Assembly: GCF_001194135.2 (NCBI RefSeq)
Contig: NC_068981.1
Location: 166,544,361-166,608,360, forward strand
DNA from: Octopus bimaculoides
Lineage: Eukaryota
DNA length: 64,000 bases
Reading direction: 5' to 3'
The notes under the pieces were generated by a model. It had not been told where the DNA came from. It saw only the letters and a program-made list of their open reading frames with translations, and did no database searches. Positions within the stretch are counted from its first letter, which is position 1. Every line of letters begins with the position of its first letter. Below are positions 53,261 through 64,000 of the stretch, one piece after another. A program made the translations under genes and the position numbers.

Positions 53261-54169
53261 TTTGAATCATAAAATGCTTCATTTCTATTATCTAATTTTG
53301 ATTGTGGTATGTAACTTTTTATAAAAATATTAAGCTTATTAGAATATGAATTGGGTTTTGTTTGAAACTGTTTTGAAACACAACTTGGCATTTTCCTTTC
53401 TATTTTTTCTTTTTTGTGTGTGTTGCCCTAAAGAATTAATTAATTTTGTTAGCTAACAATCTAAGAAGAGGGTGGGGTTAAAAGATGTTCATCAAGAAAT
53501 GCAGGAATATTGGAAGCTATTTGTTGCTGAGATACGTAAACAGATTTATGGATTTTTCACCAATGATTTTGTAATTCTTGTGTGCTGCACAAAGGCATCC
53601 AATTTTACTAGTGTATTGCCTGTGGCTAGATTACATGACTGTCTTTCAAAGTATCAACATCAATTTCAATATTTTAGCTTCCACACAAATTCTTTGCATA
53701 GGATTTATTGAGCCATTGCTGAAGCTACAAACATTCAGTTTGTCTTGTGTCTACAAAATTTCTGTTTCTTCTCATGAATCTTGTCAGTATTTCATTCTGA
53801 ATGAATTTCTTGTTTATATCCTATCACACTAAATACACAAAGGAAAATATTTTATTTAGATTTTTGTTGTGTTTACTGATTGCTGTTTTTATTTATGGCT
53901 GTGAAGAATTGCTCTAAAATGCCAGTTTTTGGTGTAATTAGTTTTACTGTGTACCAGTTTAGAGAATTATATATATATTTGTTCATTTCATTATAACAAT
54001 TGGTGAATGATACCATTCTCAGTTACAAGTTTTCAGTGATCCAGTCACTCATTCACTGTATTCCTAATGGTCAGAGGGATAAAGGAGAGTCTGTAACTCA
54101 GTGAATAACAAATATTCCAAAATACTTTTAACAGTTTTTCAGTTTTCTCACCAGTCCTTATACCCTTCT

Positions 54170-54510
54170 CCAAAACACACACACACACACACACACACAT
54201 ATATTACCTTGCATGGAAACAGGTGAGGATTGGCAACAGGAAGGGCATTCAGCAGAAGAAAACCTGCTTTAGTGAATTCCATCTAACCATGCAAACATGA
54301 AAAAGTGGATGATAAAATGATGACAATGATAGATACAAATATATATGATGGGCTTCTGTATAGTTTTCCTTTATAAAATTTCATGGGCAAGATATTGGCC
54401 AACCTTAGTTTATGATAGGAGTTACTTGCACAAATTGCCATGCAATGAGATAGAACCTGGAATCACATGATTGGAAGGTGAGCCTCTTAGTTACACAACC
54501 ATACTACATC
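54170..54510 (-). mobile_element. SINE family 2 derivative; the RTE-like tail segment at 54200-54330 reads on the + strand
   Basis: ggaaacaggtgaggattggcaacaggaagggcattcagc (+) adjoins a reverse-strand family 2 head remnant (54340-54510). Confidence 0.55.
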
Positions 54511-54670
54511 TATTGTAAAAGTTTTAGTGGCTTACATTTTTATTAAGTGATTTTTCTTCATAATTATTCCAACATAAATTACAAAATTCAACTAATTAAT
54601 TATATGTTTATATTTAAACAAATTAGCAACTAGTGATCTCATGATTTTGATTACTGATATTATTCTCTGA

Positions 54671-54850
54671 GAGGCAAGCTGGCAGAATCATTAGCATGTC
54701 TGACAAAATGCTTAGCAACATTTCTTTCTTTTCTTTATGTTCTGAGTTCAAATCCTGCCAAGATCAACTTTGGTTTTCATCCTTTCAGTACTGGAGTTGA
54801 TGTAATTGACTTGCTCTCCCCCACTCATAATTGTGCCAAAATTAGAAAGG
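54671..54850 (+). mobile_element. SINE family 1, CpG-depleted copy
   Basis: gaggcaagctggcagaatcattagcatgtctgacaaaatgc...gagttcaaatcctgcc. Confidence 0.8.
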
Positions 54851-55334
54851 TTGTTATTTTCTCATTCTAACTTGAGCTTTTAGCTTCCCTTCTTCCAAGT
54901 TCCTTTAAAACATCATCATTTTACATCTGCCTTCCAGGTTGGCATAGGTTTCATGGATCATCAGAGTTCAAGTCAGTTCTCTATCTGAAGTTACTACTCT
55001 TTTAGATAAGTTGGAAGAACAAATTTCACTCAAACATTTCAATTTTAGCTTAGGCTTTTTGGATGAATGGCCTTCTAATCAGCAAGTACTTGACAGAGTG
55101 TCTTAGGTGCATTTTATGATGCCACTAGCAAAAGAAAAGTTGTCATGTCCTTGAAAAGACTAAAAGCCCCTATCAGTTCCTTGTTGTCTCTACTTCTTTA
55201 TGTATATTGAGTTTTACAAAAGATGTTCATTTCTTAATTTAATATATTCCGTTATTCATCTTTAAAGCCATTGTTTTCTTTGAAGTTGTGGAAATATGGA
55301 GTACTTTTATGTACTTCTTTCCCTAAACTGCTTC

Positions 55335-55451
<117 letters not shown>

Positions 55452-56583
55452 AAACTGCTCACTTGCAACAGTTCAAATGAAGTTGCTCTTACCTCAATTA
55501 ATTAACCTTATCCCTACTCTAGTCTGAGTGAAACTAAAATATATTAGTGACAATGTCCTTCTCCATCAAAACTAAGAAACAATAATATACAAATAAAAGG
55601 CACATTTCCTTGTGGCTCCATCTTATGCTCTTTCTAGTGTATGTTGTTGGACTGTTCACCTCTTATCTCTTTGTAATGTCAGATTTGCTATGTGGCACAA
55701 ATTTGCTACCATAACTCCTTTGCACTCTAGTTTTGTAAAAATCCTTTTACATTTATTTCCCCTAACTTTTGTATGTAGTGAAGGTTTACTCAATTGTTTC
55801 TCTCCACCAAATTTCACAATCTCCATCTTTATAAACTATGTAACTAAAACAGTGGTAAGGAATTAAATTATGTTTCTGATAAAAGACTTTACTGATGAGT
55901 TAATACTGTTGGACATCATAACTATCTTCACTTGATGCTGTGACATTTGATTCATTCCCTCTTCAGTTTTATATAATGTACGTAAATAGTGATGAATTAT
56001 GAAACCCCAGAGGTTGTTAGGTCATATGATTTAATCATTGTTAATAGTTAGTATTAATCAAAGTAATATTTTAATAAACTTCTTGATGTATAAGGCAATT
56101 GTTGTTAACATATACCTTAGGGAAAAATACATTCATATATGTTGAAATAACATGCAAACACTGTGTTAAAAATGAAATATAGTTAAAAATTAATTTGGTC
56201 ATTTGTAGAAGATTCTTCAGACATTTTATTTTTGATATTTGTCTTTTATTCATTATGGTAATGTGAATCAAATTCTTAATTTGCTGAAACTTCCTCTCAC
56301 ACAAAAAGCAGAAATATCCTTAAAGGAACACTTGTGCAAAAAAAAAAAAAAAAAAAAAAACGGTAATTTAAATCTATTAGATAGATGTAATCTAAATCAT
56401 CTCAAGAATTTTTTTTTTTTTTTTTTTTTTTTGAGAAGCAGAAATTATTTTAGAGAGAAAAAACAGTGAAAGGACTCTTTGAGTCTGTGCTATCTGTGTT
56501 ATTGGCATGATGATGTTTTATAATTGTAACCACAAAGTATTTTATTGCAGCTTCGAAACTTCTCTAATTTCTGTTTGTTTCAG

Positions 56584-56703
56584 ATCCTGAATCAACCAAA
56601 CCAAGAATCAACAAGTACTCGATTAGATAACCAACAAGTTGAAATTCCATTACACTCTTTGGATGCTAATGGACATTTCCAGAGCAATGAGCAAGAAACT
56701 GAG
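56584..56703 (+). CDS. Exon 3: linker (ILNQPNQESTSTRLDNQQVEIPLHSLDANGHFQSNEQETE)
   Basis: Acceptor tttgtttcag|, donor GAG|gtaagt; 120 nt, phase 0 to 0, no stops. Confidence 0.8.
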
Positions 56704-56914
56704 GTAAGTTGTTACATGATAAAAGTTGACTTGAAGAAATTATAGAAATTTGTTTGGTTTCTTCCCTCTCTTGTTCTTCTAAATTAGTTTTGCCTTTAGT
56801 TATGGTTGATTATTTTTAGGATCTGGGACTCATCTAGTTCTTCTTATCCCAAATGCATGGATGAGATATGGCAGAAATTACATTGTTGTTTAATAAAGAG
56901 TAATTAACAGTAGT

Positions 56915-57360
56915 AGCTATGTAATAAGAAGTTTTTTGTTCAGATGTTTTTTTTTGTTCAGTCCCACTGCATGGCACCTTAGGCATGTGTGTTTTACTAT
57001 AGTCTCAGATCAACCAAAGCTTTGTGAGTGGATTTGATAAATAGAAACTAAAAGAAGCCCATTGTGTGTGTGTGTGTGTGTGTGCGTGTGCGTGCGTGTG
57101 TGCGTGCGTGCGTGCGTGCGTGCGCCTGCCTCCTCATCTTTGATATCTCATGTGATAGTTGTAAATGAGTGTCACCATTATGCAAGTGGTGTCCTTTGTT
57201 TCCAATCTTCCATGTAAACATAACTGATCTTGGGGGAAATATTACCTTGCCTGGAAATAGGTGAAGGTCAGCAACAGGAAGAACAGCCAGCTGTCAAAAA
57301 TCCTGCCACAACAAATTCTGTGAGTATGAGTGGGCATTAAAACAATGATGATGATGAAGA
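56915..57360 (+). mobile_element. SINE family 2 with RTE-like tail
   Basis: gttcagtcccactgcatggcacc...gtgagtggatttg...ggaaataggtgaagg...aaacaatgatgatgat. Confidence 0.75.
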
Positions 57361-57898
57361 TAATGATAGAAGGTTCTGTTTTTATGAGAGTGTCTTAGAA
57401 TATTTTCAAATATCCTTTCTTCATATTTCTCAATTTTTCATCTGATCTAGTTCTCCTAAGAGTTTTTTTTTTTTAACTGATTATAAAACAAACAACATTG
57501 TTCAGTATAATGTTTCCGGTGATATGTTAGAGCACTTTTGGTTTAATTAAGCTTTACTTTTACATTTAACAGTGGTTTAGATAAAATTAATTCAGCGTAG
57601 CATTTAACACCCAAGTAGTTTATGGTATTGTAACATGTACTTTTACTTCAAAGTAATAGGAGTGTGTGTTTGTTTACATTTTACTAATTTTACTTTCAAG
57701 TAAGCTTTTATAATCTTATATAGTTGTTTCATTGATAAATTGAATAGATGATAAGTGTTTATATTTACTAGTCCTTCTTTCAGTGAATGCACAACATTGA
57801 AGTATCAGGTTTTTAAGTGAAATTATCTGTTCCAATTGTTGAAGTTTAATGTTTCCTGGGGGTTTTTTTATTTATTTAATTTTTTTTTTTTTTCTCAG

Positions 57899-57987
57899 AC
57901 AATTATTGACAAAGAAGAAATGTTAAACCAATTGAAGGCACAGTTTCCAAGTTGCAAAGGGTTCATAATCAAAAATATACTGCAAAA
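57899..57987 (+). CDS. Exon 4: start of a CUE/UBA-like domain (TIIDKEEMLNQLKAQFPSCKGFIIKNILQ)
   Basis: Acceptor ttttttctcag|, donor AA|gtaagt; 89 nt, phase 0 to 2; LxxxFP...I..IL pattern of CUE domains. Confidence 0.8.
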
Positions 57988-58569
57988 GTAAGTAAAAAAA
58001 ATACCTTAACATTTTCTTGATAGTTAGTTTTTGAAATTTTATTCAGTATGCAATGTTATACAACTTTTAACATTTCAGTTTTGAAATCATTCTATAGAAT
58101 TCAGACCCTATAAAAAATTAAAAAGAAAAGGCTAGGTTACTTGGATAATTATTTAATCCTAGATTTTAACATAGGAATTGTAAAAGAAAGTTTGAAATGT
58201 ATCAATTCATTCTTTTTTCTTCTGTCTAGCTTAGTCAGAGGAGAAACACACTTGGTATAATTTTACAGCGCCTCTAAGTCTGATGGGGAAAATACTATTA
58301 CAGTAGATCTGAACTGAATGCTTAAAACATATTGGACTCTGCTAGAAGCATTGAAGGGTCAGGTAGGCATATTAAATTGGTCAGTAGATTAAGCCTAACA
58401 TCCAAGAAAAGGTCTGTCCATCAAAAGGATCTTGCAGTTTCCATCTATCCAAATTCAATCACAAGGCTTGGGTTGACCCAAGACCATGGTAAAAATTATT
58501 TGCCCAAAAGGACCATGAGATTGCGAAATGAACTTCAAAATTCATGGATACACGCTTGTATGTGTGCAG

Positions 58570-58885
58570 TGAGGGTGCATGGCTTAGTCGTTAGGGTATT
58601 TGGTTCATGACTGTAAGGTGATGAGTTTGATTCCTGGCAGTGCATTGTTATCCTTGAGCAAGACACTTTATTTTACATTTCTCCAGTCTACTCATCTGGC
58701 AAAAATGAGTAGTACCAGTATTTCAAATGGCCAGCCTTGTTATATTCTGTGCCGTGCTGAATCTCCCTGAGAATTAAATTAAAGGTATGCATGTCTGTGG
58801 AGTGCTCTGCCACTTTCGTTAATTTCACAAGCAGGCTGTTCCATTGATCGGATTAAATGGAACCCTCACCATTGTAACCATCAGA
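58570..58885 (+). mobile_element. SINE family 3, near full length
   Basis: gagggtgcatggcttagtcgttagggt...ttgattcctgg...ttgagcaagacac...caagcaggctgttccattgatcgg. Confidence 0.8.
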
Positions 58886-58887
58886 GT

Positions 58888-58935
<48 letters not shown>

Positions 58936-59415
58936 CACATATATAGTAAACTTTCACTTTGCTTTCAGTTTGGACTGTTTGGTAATACTTAAATATATTG
59001 TGCATCATAGACAGAAACAAAAAGAAATCTTCACACTATGCAAGTCAAATATAATAATAATACTAATAATGATAATAATGGTAATAATAATACATATATT
59101 CTTCAGGTTTTACCAACCTGAATATTTCTTATCCAAATATGTTACTCTCCCTGTTCTGCTGGGATGCCATTATCCATAGCTATAATCTCATTAGTTCTAT
59201 ACAAAACTGATTTTTCCCTTTGTTAGCTAAGAGCTTTTAGCAACTTTATAAAATCAAACATTATATTCATTGTTTTATAATCTAAATCTGCTATATTACT
59301 GTTGATTATTTCTTTATTCTTTTACACTTTGTACCATTCTGTTATATATGTACCATCACAAGGAAGGTGCTTGTATGTGATCACTCAATCTGCAGGAAGT
59401 AGTAGGCAGATTTCT

Positions 59416-59448
<33 letters not shown>

Positions 59449-59631
59449 NNNNNNNNNNNNNNNNNNNNNNNNNNNNNNNNNNNNNNNNNNNNNNNNNNNN
59501 NNNNNNNNNNNNNNNNNNTATATATATACATACAAGATACAGAAATAATTTATTCTCAAAGGCATAATAATGCTAATACAATAGCATGAACAGGATAAAC
59601 TATCTATATATTGCAGAAAAATTTGTTACCA

Positions 59632-59703
59632 GCCAGCCATGATACTCGAACTCACATCCTTGTGATTATGCATCAAGTGCTTCACTTTTTAAGCTGTACT
59701 ACC
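59632..59703 (-). pseudogene. tRNA-Thr(CGT)-like pseudogene, copy A
   Basis: Reverse complement ggtagtacagcttaaaaagtgaagcacttgatgcataatcacaaggatgtgagttcgagtatcatggctggct, alignable to copy C. Confidence 0.6.
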
Positions 59704-59750
59704 CAGTAATGAATTATTCTGTAATTTTAGGATTTAACAATTCATTACTG

Positions 59751-59822
59751 GGCAGTTTAGCTTAAAACTAAAGCACTTGACACGTAATCACAGGGATGTG
59801 AGTTTGAGTATCATGGTTGGCC
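59751..59822 (+). pseudogene. tRNA-Thr(CGT)-like pseudogene, copy B
   Basis: 72 nt, anticodon loop CACGTAA, degenerate B box. Confidence 0.6.
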
Positions 59823-60040
59823 GGTAACAAATTTTTCTGCAATTTATGGATTGTTTATCCTGTTCTTGCTATTGTATTAGTACTTTCATGTTTGAGAATA
59901 AATTCTTTCTATCTTTCAATACATTTCAATGCTTCTAAAGTAAACTTTGTTTGCTTACTTTCATCGTAAGTTGAATGTAACGTTAGCGTCTTATAAAGCT
60001 AGATTTATAATTCCTAAAATTGCAGAATAATTTGTTACAG

Positions 60041-60112
60041 GGCAATTTAGCTTAAAGGTAAAGCACTCGACGCGTAATCACAGGGATGCGAGTTCGAGTC
60101 TCATGGCCGGCC
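60041..60112 (+). pseudogene. tRNA-Thr(CGT)-like pseudogene, copy C (best preserved)
   Basis: A box TAGCTTAAAGG, D stem GCTT/AAGC, loop CGCGTAA (CGT anticodon), B box GTTCGAGTC, T5 terminator at 60122-60126; acceptor and anticodon stems are mismatched. Confidence 0.7.
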
Positions 60113-60366
60113 AGTAAAGAATTTTTCTGCATTATATGGATAGTTTATCCTGTTCATGGTATTGCATTAGCATTATCATGCGTTTGAGAATAAATTATTT
60201 CTGTATCTTTCAATACATCTCAACATTTCTAAAACAAACTTCGTTTGTTTACTTTCATCGTAAGTTGAATTTATATATATATATATATATATATATACGG
60301 TTATCAATTTGTGTTGCAAGATTCCCGATGGTAAATCATGTGTTGAAACCGATATTGTATTTCTGG

Positions 60367-60426
<60 letters not shown>

Positions 60427-60429
60427 CAA

Positions 60430-61715
60430 ATAAACACACGTACAATATATTTTTTCTTCACTCGTTTATTACTGTTCTTATTTTATTATTCTAACTCGTG
60501 TCCATTGTCCAGAAATCTTTCGTCACACATCTGTGACCTCTTCAGCGACACTTTTTGTTTTCGTGTGTGTTCTTACTCCATTCTGTTCTTCTGAAGTGTG
60601 CATCCTTATGTGCACATGCATTTGTGTCCTTGTGTAGGTGTGTGTGTGTGTATGCTTGTGTGTGTATCATAGTTTTTAGCAGCAGTGTGGCCTTCTCCTC
60701 AGCAGTCCCATCCTCTCACCCCATGGTGCTGCTACTGTCCCAAGACCCCAAAAAATATGGCACAGTTCCTGTATTCTTCTGTGTATGTGTGTTCGCCCAC
60801 AGTGTTGCCATTGTGGTAGTTGTTATTGCCATCGTTGTCGCTGTCATTGTTAATCGTGTTGTTCACATTGTTGTGGCCATCCGTGAAATTTCTTGTGAGT
60901 GTGTTTGAGTGTGTTTGAGTGTGTGTGTGTGTGTGTGTATGGGTTCGCTTCATATGTTGTATGTATCCATGTCCTTTATATAGATTTATTTATTTATTTT
61001 ATCTATCACTATCTTATATTTATCCCAGCTATGTGACAAATATATCTTATATTTGTTTATTTATTTATAGTACTTTAACCTCTATGCTATTAATCGAGCC
61101 TCCATGTTCTGCCTGAGCATGTTGTTAGAGCACTGATGAGCTTTTGTATGTAGTTTGGGTTCGTCCTACAACCAACACAATTTGTAGGACTTATCAAAGG
61201 ATAGGTATTGCAGATCAGGGATTTTAATGGGGAACCAGGCTTTTCCACTACTTTAATTTGTAGATTAGCCTCACTTAATGTTTTTCTAAAAACAAGTATG
61301 TTAGTTTGCCGCTAGGAGTAGCATCAACGAACATGACACTTTGGTATTTTTTGTTGTCATACCAAGTGTTGGCCTTATTTATCTTATTACTGGTCCTTTC
61401 TGTGTTGTTCTAAGATTTACTTCTGTACAGCAGGCAGATCTCCTTAGCATCACTCTCTATGATGGCTTTGTACTTAGTCCTGGCTCCTTTGTACACTCTA
61501 ATCCTGTCCCTTTGGTTGTAGCTAGAGAACTGCATGTGGTGGATGAAGTGTTGTATGTGTCTTTCCAATTTCATAGGGTCGCACATGTGAGACACGTTCC
61601 TCATCACTCTCACCTAGTCAGCTATAAGAATGTTGAACTTGGCGTTGTCCGCAATCGCTGCGTTTTTGTCATAATGAGAGTGAAGGATCTGGACCTTACA
61701 GTTCTTCGTTTCTAG
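60430..61715 (-). mobile_element. Penelope-like element: RT C-terminal/linker remnant (61130-61715) plus 3' pseudo-LTR (about 60430-61075)
   Basis: Minus strand reads CKVQILHSHYDK...FNILIAD*VRVMRNVS...HFIHHMQFSSYNQRDR...LYRSK...WYDNKKYQSVMFVDATPSGKL, then IKVVEKPG, matching the PLE pattern MQFSGY...LYR...WY...FVPATP.....IKVVE. Confidence 0.8.
60498..60551 (-). ncRNA. Candidate minimal hammerhead ribozyme in the PLE pseudo-LTR
   Basis: GTGTCG-CTGAAGA-G-GTCACA(GATG)TGTGAC-GAAA-GATT-TC-TGGACA; perfect 6-bp stem II, imperfect stem I. Confidence 0.6.
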
Positions 61716-61719
61716 CCAG

Positions 61720-62735
61720 GGAGGCCAGTCAGGCGGCACTAGCTTTGACCATGCTCAAACAGTGCTTTTTACTTGCCACCTGCACAGGAGCCAGTTAGGT
61801 GGCACTGGCAATGACCATGCTCAATTGGTGCTTTTTATGTGCCACCTGCATGGGTGCCAGTTAGGCAGCACTGGCAATAACCACACTCAAACGATGCCTT
61901 TCAGGTGCCACAGGCATAGGACCAGTCAGGCGGCAATGGCATCCACCACACTTGTATGATACTTTTTATGTGCCACCGGAACGGGAACCAGTAAAGCAGT
62001 ACTGGCATCAGCCATGACAATGATTTCACTTGACTCAACAGGTCTTCTCAAGCACAACATATTACCCAATGATTAAAGGGTACTCTTAAATGGGCCGGTT
62101 ATGTGCCACTGGCATAGACCATGGTTACGGTCTCATTTGGCTTGCTGGATCTTCTCAAGCACAGCATATTTCTAAAGGTCTCAGTCATTCATCATCGCCT
62201 CCATGAGGACTAACGTTCAAAGGTCGCGCTTCACCACCTCATCCCTGGTCTTCCTAGGTCTACCTCTCCCACAGGTTTCCTCCACTGTTAGGGTGTGACA
62301 CTTTTTCATACAGCTGTCCTCATCCATACGTAACACATGACCATACCAGTGAAGTCATCTCTCATGCACACTATATCTGATGCTTCTTATGTCCAATTTT
62401 TCTCTTGGTGCGCTTACACTCTGCTGTGTATGCACACTGACATTACACATCCAGTGGATAATACTAGCTTTATTTCTTGCAAACTTACACATGTCCTCAG
62501 CAGTCACAGCCCATGTTTCACTGTCATGTAGCATAGCAGTTCGCACACGTGTCATACAGTCTACCTTTCACTCTGAGCGAGAGGCCCTTTGTCACCAGCA
62601 AAGGTAGGGGCTCTCTGAACTTTGCCCAGGCTATTTTTATTCAAGCAGCTACACTCTCAGAGCATCCACTCCCGCTACTCACTTGGTCACCTAGGTAAGG
62701 GAAGCTACCAACTACGTCTAGTTTTTCCCCCTGGT
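61720..62735 (-). mobile_element. RTE LINE fragment (RT C-terminus plus tandem-repeat 3' UTR) lying inside the PLE
   Basis: GEKLDVVGSFPYLGDQVSSGSGCSES...KGRLYDTCVRTAMLHDSETWAVT...WYGHVLRMDE...GRGRPRKT; UTR repeats at 61720-62010. Confidence 0.9.
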
Positions 62736-62771
62736 ATGTGATAGATATATAATAAAGATATAAAGAAATAT

Positions 62772-62909
62772 ATAAATAGATAAATAAATACATATATACA
62801 TATATTTATCACATACCTGGGGTAAATATAAGATAGAGAGATAGATAAAATAAATAAATAAATAAATCTGTATAAAGGGCATGGATACATACAACATACA
62901 AAGCGAACC

Positions 62910-62950
<41 letters not shown>

Positions 62951-63086
62951 AAGAAATTTCACAGATGGCCACAACAATGTGAACAACACGATTAACAACA
63001 ACAGTGGCGGTGACAACGATGGCAATAACAACAACAGTAGCGAGGGTGAACACACATACACAGAGGAATATAGGAACTGTGCCATA
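62772..63086 (+). repeat. Inverted second copy of the PLE pseudo-LTR (matches 60755-61072)
   Basis: Shared blocks such as aggaactgtgccata, ggccacaacaatgtgaacaacacgattaacaa and gcgaaccca(t/c)acacac in opposite orientation. Confidence 0.88.
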
Positions 63087-63319
63087 GTGTAATACACTAT
63101 TACAACAACTTTACGGGTATGTTTTTGGATAAATATTAATTAGAAATCATAAGTACTCTTCTTTTTCTAGACTTACTGGTGAATCCTGTTATACTTAAAT
63201 AATCATGCTCAGATATACTGTGCCTGCAACAACAACAAAAGGGAGAAGGAGAGAGAATGGGGGTCAGGATGGTGAAGAGTAGAATGCTTTTGATCCTAGG
63301 TTTTTTAAATAAGCATGCC

Positions 63320-63548
63320 TTAACCCTTTCGTTATCACATTCATTTTGAGATGCTCTGTATTTTTTTCAAATATTTTAAATATAACAAAGAATTTAGTAA
63401 AATAACTTAGTTATCATTAAGCTAATGTTAGGAACGTAAATTATGACTAAGGTTTGGTGGAAGATTTTAATTCAAAACTTATGAAAGCAAAACATTTGTA
63501 CTATAGAGCCAGAGGCAGTTTCAGCCGGGTTGGTATCAAAAGGGTTAA
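63320..63548. mobile_element. piggyBac-type MITE
   Basis: TTAA-CCCTTTCGTTATC ... GGTATCAAAAGGG-TTAA. Confidence 0.8.
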
Positions 63549-64000
63549 GAGTAAATAGCCACAACTCAGCAGTATATTTTTATAGTTACAATGTAAAATA
63601 GAATTTATAAAAATTGAATGAGTTTCTAAATCGTGAAAAGAGGTGAATTCTGAAGCTGCAGTAAGGCAATGTAAAATATTTCTTTTTCTTCTTTGTATAT
63701 AGGTTCTATAATGGTTCAACTTGTGCACCTGTAAACTGTTTTGTTTCAGTTATTTAATCATCCCTTTCTTCTCAAAAATAAATAAATATATAATAACTAA
63801 ATAATAAAAAAGAAAATATTCATATGTATGTATGTGCATTTGCATGTATAAATGTATATTTATGTGTGTATGCATTAAATTTTTATATGCATATAATATT
63901 TTTGTTTAAACAAAACGAGTTTTATATTTCACCATAAAGAGTATAATATCTTTTTTCATATAATAGTTTTACTGAAAATATATTAGTGTATGTTTTTACA

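Noticed and set aside
58230-58260. Candidate exon 5 giving NLVRGETHLV* (also 63686 onward giving KFYNGSTCAP...)
   Set aside because: Acceptors are plausible, but the peptides do not complete the CUE pattern and there is no good donor; exon 5 is left unassigned

Overview
AT-rich, repeat-dense eukaryotic DNA with microsatellites and N gaps. The SINE, RTE and MITE families look like octopod cephalopod (Octopus-like) repeats; this is an inference from recognition, not a search. One protein-coding gene can be assembled on the + strand from four phase-compatible exons (15503-15582, 52211-52301, 56584-56703, 57899-57987). It encodes an N-terminal WW domain split by a 36.6-kb first intron, then a low-complexity linker and the start of a CUE/UBA-like domain; the gene appears to continue past the last exon found. 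The rest is mostly decayed mobile DNA: hAT transposase fragments and MITEs, piggyBac-type TTAA MITEs, RTE, CR1, I/Jockey-type and R4/Dong LINE remnants, three tRNA-derived SINE families and Penelope-like elements (PLEs). The most interesting unexplained structures are: (1) candidate minimal dimer-type hammerhead ribozyme motifs in PLE repeats at about 20.5 and 60.5 kb, plus a PLE with inverted pseudo-LTRs; (2) a near-perfect 96-bp locally templated inverted insertion in intron 1; (3) a tRNA-Thr(CGT)-like unit present as a fold-back palindrome plus a 290-bp tandem copy; (4) a CpG-decay footprint that separates a probable unmethylated promoter domain from methylated flanks. No prokaryotic-type system (CRISPR, operon) is present. 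Repeat boundaries are approximate and were judged by eye.
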